Source: Stegostoma tigrinum (taxonomy: Eukaryota). Taken from it: 64,000 nt of DNA. This document shows positions 38,131-48,850 of the stretch, in pieces (the stretch's first letter is position 1; every line of letters begins with the position of its first letter). Under the pieces are notes generated by a model. The model saw only the letters and a list, made by a program, of their open reading frames with translations, did no database searches and was not told the origin of the DNA. The position numbers and the translations under genes are program-made. Location: NCBI RefSeq assembly GCF_030684315.1, contig NC_081363.1, positions 83,041,678 to 83,105,677 of the forward strand, given 5' to 3'.

Positions 38131-40192
38131 CTTTTGTGCTCCTGAAATGCTGCTTGGCCTGCTGTGTTCATCCAGCCTCACATTTTATTATCTTTCACAT
38201 CAGACAGATGTTCACCTGCAAATCCGTCAAAGTGGTCAATTGTGGTCTGCATCCGCTGCTCCCGATGTGGCCTCCTCTACATTGATCAGACAAAGTGGAG
38301 GCTCGGCGATCACTTTCCAGAGCACTTGCGCACTGTTCACCACAAACGCCAACACCTTCTGTTCACGAACCACTCCAACTCCCCCTCCTACTCCCTGGGC
38401 GACATGTCCAGCCTGAACCTCCTCCAGTGTCACAATAACGCCACCCATAAACTGGGGGAAACCCACCTCAGATTCTGCCTTGAGAGCCAATGGTCTAAAT
38501 GTGGACTTTACCAGTTTCAGAATGTCCCCACCACCACCCCACCCGCCTCATCTCACGTCCAACCCTGGTTCTCATCACCTCCTCCTCCTTGGCCCGACAC
38601 AACCTGTCCATCTTCTCTCCCACCTATCTGCTCCTCCCACCTCACTGACAAATCCCCACCACAGCCTACCTGCACTCACCTATCACCATCCCACCTACCC
38701 TCCCCTACCCCACCCCTCCTCTCCCTATTTATTTCGGAGCTCCCTTCTCCCACCCCCATTTCTGAAGAATGGTCCTGACTCGAAACGTCAACTTTCCTGC
38801 CCCTCTGACGATGCCTGGCCTGCTGTGTTCATCCAGCTCCACCCTGTTGTCTCTATATTTTGCTCTTTACTTTGTGAAAGGACCGATTCATCTCCGTTGG
38901 GCGGAGATGTGGGGGAAGCTGGAGTAAACGTGAATCGGTTGCAGTAACTGCCCATGATCTTCCTTTCCTGCAAAAGGGGGCTAATAGAATGGTTCCTCTC
39001 AGATAAAGCTAATATGGTGCACTAAATTTCATTCCACTTGAATGACGATGCCTTCTCTGATTGACGGTCGCATCGTTCCAGTACTAACGGTTAGGGATGA
39101 TAGAGGATGGAAGGATCCTGTGGCCTGATTGTATTACTTATAGAACTGTTGAGAAACTGCATCAACGGTATGACACAGATTCCTGCGTTTAGAGATGAGT
39201 TAGCTTTCCAACCGTGACGCCACTGTTTTGTATTTGGTTCAACTGTCGTCCTCAAAGCTGCTTTTACCCATCACTACCAGCCCCCTCCCTCTTCCCAGCG
39301 TGAATGAGGCCAAGGACAGAAAGAGAAATTCACTTCATTCTCTCTCCACCACCTTATTTGGAAAATAGTGACGAACATTTGGCTCCTAGGGTCACTGGAG
39401 GTGAACATGACTTCAGTAAGCTGTTGTATAAAGATTTGTGGTTTAGCGTTGGCAAGCATTTTGACCAAGATAAGCGAGAAGACTCAGGCGGATGATTATT
39501 GCTGCAGTCGCGATATTTAAAATCACAATGAACACTAGCATTTCACAGACCATGTCAAAGCTCTTATGAGACGTGAACAGAATGTTGTAAGAGGGTGACA
39601 GAAGGCTGTTTGGATGATGTCACTTAGGGCAGAGGGTAATGAATAAATTGAATGATCTACTAAGGTAACTGAGATTGAATGGCTCACAAAATGTAATAGA
39701 TAAATACAAGAACAAAATGTTGAAACTTTATCTAGGAAACATTGTGGGATATAATAGTGTACAGAGGCACTGGTCAAAATAATTGTTATTGTTATTTCAT
39801 ACTACATTCCCATAGCAAATGATTTCGTCCAATGAATGGGGGACTGACTCCGAGTCTTTAGAATCAGATCTGAAACGCATCATTTTATGAGCATCGTTAG
39901 CGTGAGCCGATTATGTTGAATTCTGCGCAGTTTCCACAGAGTAGTGAACACCTCGGTTCAGAGACTGCGCTCTAGCCTCTGAGAGGGAGACGGAATCCGA
40001 GCACACAATCTGTGAGATTATAGAGGGCCTGCTTTGCAGCAGGCGGAGAATCTACCCCGAAGGGTGCTCCGTAGCAATCATAAAGAAGCTGCTAGAGGTT
40101 GAACAGAAGCTTGGCGAGCTGACACGAGGGATCCTCCCTCTCATCACTGTTGCTACTACCTGGCGCGCGGCAGCAATGACGGTCATGCTTTA

Positions 40193-40272
40193 TTGCACAA
40201 CAATAGACAGGACGCGTGATTGGCTAGGGGGAGCCCTGGGACGTCCGCGGAGTGCGTTGGGCGCTTTATAAA
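40193..40272 (+). promoter_or_regulatory. A2 promoter in a CpG-rich region: TTGCACAA, inverted CCAAT, TATA
   Basis: TTGCACAA 40193-40200, ATTGG 40219-40223, TATAAA 40267-40272, about 70 nt before the ATG. Confidence 0.65.
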
Positions 40273-40338
40273 TGCAAGTGGGCGCTTCGAGCTGGCGCCC
40301 TGGCCCCACTACAAACATCGGAGAATTCATTTGAGAAG

Positions 40339-40512
40339 ATGACGACGCAGACGCCGTCCTCCGAACCTTCCAGAAACGACGCTCCCTACGACGAGAGTTA
40401 CTCTCCGAGCTGCTACATCATCCACAACAACTTTGAGTTCTGCGGATATAATCTGAAAATCGCCCAAATTCTGGGCGCTAACCTGGGCGTGTCGGCGTAT
40501 GTCTGGGACGCC
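40339..40512 (+). CDS. EEF1AKMT3: EEF1AKMT3/METTL21B-like paralog A2, coding exon 1
   Basis: AAGATGA start; ..FEFCGYNLKIAQILGANLGVSAYVWDA|GTAAGT matches METTL21B [27 protein letters not shown]. Confidence 0.93.
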
Positions 40513-40759
40513 GTAAGTTTGCAGCATTGGCCGCTTGGAAGAGAGGCAGCCCCTTGTATCTCACATGAAATCAAATGTAACTTTCCCACTCTCTTTTTCT
40601 CTATCTCTCTCTCTGTTCTTATTGACGCTGCGTTTATAAAAGTCCCTCTCCCTCTCTCCAGTTTGTAAACATCTCCGATCAGACACATCTGGAGCGGCTA
40701 CCTGGGACATATATTGAACACTTGCGTTTGATTAGGAGCAATTTCGCTTCTACACGCGT

Positions 40760-41510
40760 CCTTTCTCCATGGGTGGTGTCAAAGCGCGTTAGATCAGCGG
40801 TGAAGCTAACGAAGCCATTTGACCTCTTGCCTGTGGAGGCTCGATATGTCATTCTTGCAGCAAAACCTCTCCTCCTATCCATGCCCCTCATGATTTTAAA
40901 AAAATCTCTATAAGGCCACCCCTCAGTCTCAGATGCTCCAGGGGAAATTGCACTAGCCTTTCATATAACCTATCCAGATGCCTTATTAAATGTTAGAATT
41001 TTACGCGGCTCCACCACTTCCTCTGGCAGTTCGTTCCATACACGCACCACCCTGTGCTTGAAAAAAAGGTTATCCTTCAGAGATAGTAGGAACTGCCGAT
41101 GCTGGAGAATCTGAGATAATAAGGTATAGAGCGGGATGAACACAGCAGGCCAAGCATCATCAGAAGAGCAGGAAAGCTGACGTTTCGGGCCTCCTCCAGG
41201 TGCTTTTTTAAGTCTTTCCCCTCTCACCTTAAACTTATGCCCTCTAGTTTTGGACTCCTCCAACCTCAGAAGAAGGATTTGGCTATTCACCCTATCCATG
41301 CCCCTTATGATTTTAAAAAAAACCTCTATAAGACCATTCCTCAGCCTCAGATGATCCAGGGGAAAATGCACTAGCCTATTCAGCCTCTCCCGATAACTGA
41401 AACCTCCAGTTCTGACGATGTCCTCCTATTTTGTTTTCTGCACCCTCTCAAGTTTAACAACATCCTTCCAATACAAGGGCGACCAGGTGTACGCAGTAAT
41501 CGCCAGGTTA
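40760..41510 (-). mobile_element. CR1 fragments with a nested PLE terminal repeat (41079-41190)
   Basis: RNGLIEVFFKIIRGMDRV..TRGHKFKVRGER..RVVRVWNELP. Confidence 0.8.
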
Positions 41511-42090
41511 GACAGCGTCTATGGTGGGAGAAGAGGGTCAATGAATTTTTATCAAAGGTAGTGAAGAGGAGTTGATAGGAGTTTGAAAAGTACCACATTT
41601 CAAGCAAGAAAGAAGAGTAAGGAGGGGAATCGAACCTTAGAGAAGACTGGTAAATAGAGTTGGTGAGCAGGAGAAAAGAACTATTGTGATGATCGATCCC
41701 TCCAATAACCTCGATCCCATTTTGTTTCCTTTCTTTTTCAGATATCTGTTGCAGTCTCTTTTCTTTCAATTAGTTTCGCTTTCAGACCGACACCGTTTCC
41801 AGGCGCTCTTCATTCCGTCCTTCGCTCTTTTCCCGCTCATTTTCGCTTAAGAAAGATAGGCGGGAGGCGGCAACCTGTTGGTCCATAGAGCGCCGACCTC
41901 CCAGGGAAATTCCGCCCAGAGCACGGTGCCTGAGATCAGGCTAGCGAACGCTGAACTGAGCCCTTGGGAGCTTGGCTGTAGTGTCCGGCTGACAATGGTT
42001 CCAGGAGCCTCCCTTATTCTTTGTAAGGAATGAACTGAATGCAGAGCTCACCGGCTCTTTGGTATCAAGTGTCAGGCCCAAGTGTGTTGA

Positions 42091-42360
<270 letters not shown>

Positions 42361-43149
42361 TGAATGATTTATTGTCACGTATATCTTAAAGATACAGTGA
42401 AATGTGTTTTGTCGCCACTGTCCGGCATGGTTTTGAGTTACAATTAGGATAAAAAGAAATTGCTCAAATAAGACTTCATCTTCTTATGGGGCAGATGGGC
42501 TCCGACGGTTACGATCACTATCTACCGTGCAGGCGCCATCTCGGACCTTCCTTATGTTGGACTAGTTTCTATTCGAAGGATTTGTTTTATTGCTGTAGCC
42601 TTTCATTTCTTGTGTTATGTTCAAGGAGAATGTAGATGAGGTCCGCACCGAAGCCTTGTTATAGTTAATTTATCTCATTAGTTAGATGAGGAATATTCTT
42701 GACGCTCTATAGAAAAAATAATCGAGTCCTGACCGGAAATCATCCCCTCCATCGATATTACCAAAAGAAAAGGCATATTGCCTGGCTATTTAATCGAAAC
42801 TTAGTGCATAGGACACGGCTATGAACAAGTATCGACAGCGCATTGACGTGCCAATAATACCTGGCTGTTCAAGTTGATTGCGCAGTTCAAGTAGATTGCT
42901 TTTAACAAAGAGATTAGAAGCTTTATCGGTTGAATTTTCTCCAAATCCAGACGGCAATCGTTTCACTTTCTGGTTAGAGATCAAACAGAGTCCGTGAAAA
43001 AAAGTATTAAAACAGCATTACTATATGGAGCAGGCTGTGTCCCCATTTGTCAAATCCTGAAAACGATTGAGGTTTGGACTAATGACCATCTCCAACAAGA
43101 GACAACCTCCCCTTGGTAAGCTATTACATAGCTTTCGCCGAATGTCACA

Positions 43150-43790
43150 CTATCAATATGCTGGAATTATCACTGACCAGAAACTGAACTGAGCCAACAT
43201 CTAAGTGCTGTGACAACATGTCCAAATCAAGAATTTGGAATTCTGCAGGGTGTAAATTCCTACTTACTCTCCAAACTGCCCGAAACCTTGAAGGCACGAG
43301 TATGATGCCGTATCTCCGCTTACCTGACTGAGCCCACTCCACCAACACATGAGAAACTCAACATCTTCAAGGGCAAAGAGGCCTTACTCATTGGTATGTC
43401 TTCTCCATCCACCAGCTTAGACACTCAATCCCTCCATCGCGAAAGTACAGTAGCAGCAATGTACATCTCCAGATGCATTGCCAACTCACCTCAACCTCAT
43501 TACACAACACTTTCTAATCTTTTGACTTCCAACTTTTTGACCTCTAACCCCTATAAAGACGAAGACAGCGGAAGCAGGCGAGCACCGCTACCTGAAAGTT
43601 TCCCACACAGCGTACCCCTCATTTAAAAATATGCCATGGTTCCTTCACTGTGAGGTAGTCAAAATCCTGAAACTCCCTCTCTGACAACCATGTGGGTGCA
43701 CGTACATCACATAGACTGCAACCGTTCAACAAGGCAGCTGACCACCACGTTTTCAAGAGCACCTGGGGGTGGACAGGAAACTCTGTCTTT
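43150..43790 (+). mobile_element. Degraded LINE 3' fragment
   Basis: Similar to 1260-1545 and to the reverse complement of 17980-18500. Confidence 0.55.
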
Positions 43791-44584
43791 ACCAGCTTAG
43801 GTAAGCGAAACAAAACTTTGTTGTGCCATTTCGCGGCTATTGCAGTTACAGAAATACAACTTAGTAATGTTAATTTTTGAGAGTTTGAATGGCATCTAGC
43901 CATTTATGACATCTATTTCTCTACGACACAAAGCAGAATTAAATAATAAGAAGACAACATTGTGATTTTTGAGTTAAATGGTCACCTTGCAAAATGAAGC
44001 ATGAAAATGTAAGCACGCTTGCCTTTATAATCGAGCATTTAAAACATCCAACACCGGACGACCACATCCAGTAACGGTGCAGTTCCTGCAAGGATAGCAG
44101 GATGTGCGATGAAAAGAAACAGCTCAAAGGCGGACAACGGGAGGGAAGAGGCAGAGGTGTAGAAGAGAGAAAAGGCTGAGGTCCGATCGGTTAAAAACAC
44201 ATCCGCTGGTATGATAGGGGGTGGAGGAGCCACAACAGAACAGGGTTGAACGGTGCAGAATTTCATGCATAGTTGTAGCCCTGGAGAAGGATGAGGAGAT
44301 AATAGGCCGCAGCGCGGGAAGATTAGATCACGAGTATGGAAATTATGGAACGAGCTGTTGTCGGATTGTTAGAGCTTTTACAATATGAAAGTTTGATCAG
44401 TGGTTTGTAAGCAAAAAAAATCCTAAAACTTCCAAATTCGTTCAGGTATTTGAAATAAAAATGCAAATTCTGAATTACGCAATGTATGGTCGGTTCCAAT
44501 GGGCATAACAGGTTCATTCCCCGTTGCGCAATTGGTGAGAATGATTGAGTCGGCCTTCAGGTATCCGGAACTTGAATCAAATGT

Positions 44585-44778
44585 CATGTGCGTGTGTGTG
44601 CGCGCGTGTATACGTGTATTTTTATGTTGATGCGCGTGCGCGCCAGTATGGTTCTGTATTAGAGTGCGCATGTCAACAGATGCGTCTATGTTTGTGTTGG
44701 TGTGTATGTGTGTGTGCGTGTATGTGTATGTGTGGCTGCCTGTGTGTATGTGTATGCGTGTGTCTATGTTTGTGTGGG
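44585..44778. repeat. Degenerate (GT)n/(GC)n microsatellite
   Basis: Alternating purine-pyrimidine tract. Confidence 0.8.
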
Positions 44779-45346
44779 TTTTGGAGGAGGGGCGATGTGT
44801 GTTCGCCTGTTTTATAATTGGCTGAGAAAACTGTTATTCTTGAGAAGTGCCGTGAATTGTATCAAAGGTTTATTTCTGCCAAATGGGGGAAATGTGTAAA
44901 CTGCTTTTTTACACAGAATACTGTAAACAGCGAGCTGTATTGAACACTTTCATAACTTCAAACAGTGCATAAATCTGCCGATAAAGCTGACTTAAAAGTA
45001 AGTACGTTTTAATTTTTGTCATTCGAGATGATACTCCGGATAGATTCCCTGTGCTGGTGTACCTATGGAAGTGCACAACCATTGCTATTCAGTGGCCCTT
45101 CCTGGCAGAGATTCAGTACGATGCTGTATAAATTGTCATTTCCTTTCTGGTACCTTAGTCCTGACGAATAGGCGTAAAGCTTCGACTTCATTTATTTTAA
45201 GGAATGCTTAAGCACAGCACCGTGTGAATGAATACTTCACCAGAGTTTTCTCCCATAGAGTCGTTTCTTTTTGATTATGTGATCACGGTGTCCAATCAGT
45301 TCACAACAACAAATTAGAACTGACCTAGTTGTTTTCCCCTCGTTAG

Positions 45347-45828
45347 GTGGAGATGTAACCATGACGGATAAACAGAAGGTCCTGAAGCAAATCGAAACCA
45401 ATGTCCAAGTAAACGTTCCCAGTGCCTGCAGACACCGCCTGCAAATCCGCCCGTTGACTTGGGGTGAAGACCACACGAACTTTCCTACTGACTATGATTT
45501 CGTCCTGGGTTCAGATATTGTATACAGTTCAGTTACCTACCCGGCTCTAATAGAGACCTTCCGCCATTTCACCAAACAGGGAGCTACAATCTATCTCTCT
45601 TCAGAATTAAGAAAGAGAAATGGATCTCTCTCCTTCCACGAAGAGAGTTTGCCTCAGTACTTTGACTGCCAAGTTGTTGACAGGTTAGAGGACAAAGATA
45701 TCACTCTGTACAAAATGACTAAAATCGATAAAGGTTCTGAGTATGATCTTCCAACAAACGATAGAAATTTGCTTTTGACTGATCTCCACACTGGGGTTCA
45801 TCCAACCTCTTTATCACTCACTAACTAA
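45347..45828 (+). CDS. EEF1AKMT3: A2 last coding exon
   Basis: GTTAG|GT acceptor; GDVTMTD, NVQVNVP, RPLTWG, LGSDIVY, LPQYF; 482 nt to TAA. Confidence 0.93.
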
Positions 45829-46330
45829 GACCTAAAAGAAGTATTCAATATCTCCTCAACATTTTAAATTTATGCTTGTTTCCTACTAATTTATCTACCA
45901 CCTGACATCATTTACCAGGAATCGATTGTTTTCTAATATCTTGGCCAAATGCCATTTGCCTTCCATGAGGAAAGAGGAATCAAGTTAGTGAACATTATCA
46001 TACCATCCTGGGAAAGCGGTTATGGCCATAGATTACCCACACGTAGATCTTTAGAGAAAGTTAAATTGAGGAATACACTTCATTTACCTGTTAAGTTGTG
46101 AGTTTGTGCTGCTAAAAGAGCAGGCAAGTTGATGTTTGCACCCAAGTTTCCAACATCATTGCAAACAACTCCATATAATTGACCATCTCCTTTGGTCACC
46201 AGTAATATTTTCAGGTGCTGTTCAATGTGGCCGATTGAGTCGCTGACTAATGTAACAAACTATCAGACCATTGGCTTGGGCCCTGCCAGCATTGCAAAAT
46301 CAATAATATGTTGCTGCTAGTAACATCTAG

Positions 46331-46635
46331 GTTGAGCTAGATCCTAGAGGGTGAACTGAGATACATCCGACAGTGTAGTTGACTTAATTCCTACGAATGG
46401 GCTGAGCTATATCCTATCGTGTGAGTTGTACGTTACAGACTATATTGTAGTTTGTGATATATGTCGTAGAGTGTCGGTTGTGAGCTATATCCTATAGTGT
46501 CGGTTGAGCTACAATCGACAGGGCGGATTGTGAGCTACATGTTATGGTATGGATTGAGCTATACCCTACAGTGTGGGTTATGAGCTATTTCTTACACTAT
46601 GGCTGAACCAGTGTCGGTTGAACTAATAACTACAG
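46331..46635. repeat. Degenerate ~24-26 bp minisatellite, about 12-13 units
   Basis: Recurring unit close to GTTG(TG)AGCTATATCCTACAGTGTGG. Confidence 0.75.
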
Positions 46636-48574
46636 AAAGCCACCTTTAGGATTCTGTATTATATTATACCGATAGTCGTCGGTCCTCTGCTGATTACTTT
46701 CTGTGCAAAGAAATGACTCTTAAACATTGCTTAACATAACTCTATTAACATTCACAAGTCGTTTGCAGAAATAAAATTGGCTGGATGGCTAACGTTTCCG
46801 GATCTGAATGCATTGCATTAGTTAAACTAATTAACTGGAAACATACTTGTCAGTATGGGGAATTAGCTTTGGCAAATGAAAGTATTTAAATCTGAGATTT
46901 CGCCCCGTTTAACTTCGATGTACTCTTTAGGATAACTGTTTCTTGCTGCCAAAACATAGTGTGTCTTCCTCCTAGCCGAAAGTTCAACGTTTAATTCCCA
47001 GCCCGGGTTTTGATGACCAAGGATACACACCGGCAAAACTGGCTCAGTATCTACCGTTAAACCATGAAACATCGGCCAATGGCAGATGCTAGAATTTGGC
47101 CCATGTGCTGGAAAGATGATTCTAGTATCCTCCTTCATTGTCCATAGTTCCGGGCTACCAACATCATCACATTGCCAAAACAGATCAGGATACACGACTT
47201 CTCGCGTGAACTGTAACAATAAGGACATGTTCGTTGATCAAATGCTGGATAAATCGGCGGCAAGCGTGCGTCAGCGGGTCTGGTACAGTATCCACATGTA
47301 GCTGATTCGGAATTGGGATGTGGCTGATTGAGTCGCTGACTAATGTAACAATATGCACTTCGTCATCGAGAAAGGAACGCAAATGCACGTCACTTAGTGC
47401 GGCGTTTCATTTTGATAGAAGAAACGCACGATAATATCGTTGCCAGTGCTTTCCTTTAACCTCACCGAAGACTGGAGAATTTTGCTTAAATGGCAATTAA
47501 CTAATCATAAGTACATAACATAATAAAACCGTCTGCAAGGTGTTTTAATGAAATTATAAGCACAGTTTAAATCGTTTTTGCTTATACACCTGTAATTTCC
47601 GTCAGAAAGGGCCGGACAAACTGATATTATATGACCGAGCTTTATGATTAGCAAATTGTTGATATACCACCTTATTAACCAACTCTAACGGCCTTCCTTG
47701 AATGACATTCAAATGATGCACCTCTTCTCTCCATTTATTTATTCAAGTGTAAATGCAAACGTTTTAAATAAGCAAAGCAGCCACCGTTCTGCAAGATTGA
47801 AACTAACTAATCTCTCGATTATGCTCCATCATTATGTGTACCGTCTTGCTTAAGCCGTGGTATTCACATTGACTTGGAGCCTTGAACAAAGAGTCCAGTT
47901 ACTACTCAATTGATGTCAATCCGCAAACTCGAATTTTTCTGCTTCTAACAATTACGTTCATCAGTGACAGAATGAATTAAAGTTACAGAATGTAGCAGAG
48001 CTAATTATGTCCGCATCTGTAGATTTTCTTTTAAGTTGCACGAACAATAAGTGTTGGATAATGTTATTGCAATACTATTATTTTTATAACCGTTTTCTGA
48101 GCGACCTCTGGGCATTTTAAACTCCGTCCCTTATGTTAGCAACAATAGAATTTTCTTCTTTTTGTAAATCCAGAAATACTTTGATTTCATCGTTCATTTT
48201 GAACCAAGGTCACTTAGAGACAATTTAAGCAGCTACCATATTGTGAGTCGTAGTACAGACGGTATTTCGGAATTACGGCGATATCAGCACGCAAGTCTTT
48301 AATTTGTAAAATATTGTTACTGCCATTGAGCCATGAATCAACAGGGTTTATGTGAGGACAGGCACAATTTGCCAATACTTCTCCCATAGGAATATAATGT
48401 CTATCAGATTGTAATTTTATTCAATTTCAACTGCGGGTTCCCATCACCTTGTTCATTCTCCCCAGGATAGACAGTGACGAAGTAGCATTACAGCCTTTTC
48501 CTTCTCCCAGTTGCTTGTAGGTAGAAGATAGAAGTTATAAAATGTTTGCAGCACATGCATTCTTTGCACGTGGA

Positions 48575-48850
48575 GGGAGACAGTAATGTAATGGTAAATC
48601 CAGGCTAATTTCTGGGATGTGGGTTCACATGTCCTCTGCCTCAGCTAGTGGAATTTAAATTCAGTAGATAAATCTGGAACACAAAAATCAGTTTCAGTAA
48701 TGATATCTATGATGGCTATTTTTAAATCATCTAGTTCACACTTGCCTTTTATGGAAGGAATCTGCCGTCCTTACCTGATCTGATCGACATGCGACTCCGG
48801 GCCTACAGCAATGCGGTTGATTCTTAACACTCTGATGGACAAAACAGTCA
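48575..48850 (+). mobile_element. Deu-domain SINE (SacSINE1/AmnSINE1-like)
   Basis: CATCTAGTTCAC..GGAAGGAATCTGCCGTCCTTACCTG..GACTCC..ACAGCAATGCGGTTGATTCTTAAC, as I recall the Deu domain. Confidence 0.7.

Larger units (their letters stand above)
37861..38194. mobile_element. Young palindromic PLE insertion nested in the older PLE
   Basis: 148 bp arms (37892-38039 and 38047-38194, 2 mismatches); TSD TCACATCAGACAGA on both sides. Confidence 0.95.
36927..38855. mobile_element. Old head-to-head inverted PLE with GIY-YIG remnants on both strands
   Basis: Minus arm: TFTCNHRKCYTC and HLPVANRFNS..LQPNGLNVDF. Plus arm: TFPCNYRKCYLC and VVCIRCSRCGLLYIDQTKWRLGDHFPEH. Inversion centre ~37588. Confidence 0.85.

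Noticed and set aside
26110-40339. Bidirectional promoter for divergent B1 and A2
   Set aside because: The inferred starts are ~14 kb apart and each has its own core promoter.
46331-46635. CRISPR-like array
   Set aside because: Eukaryotic context; units are degenerate tandem copies without unique spacers; no cas genes.
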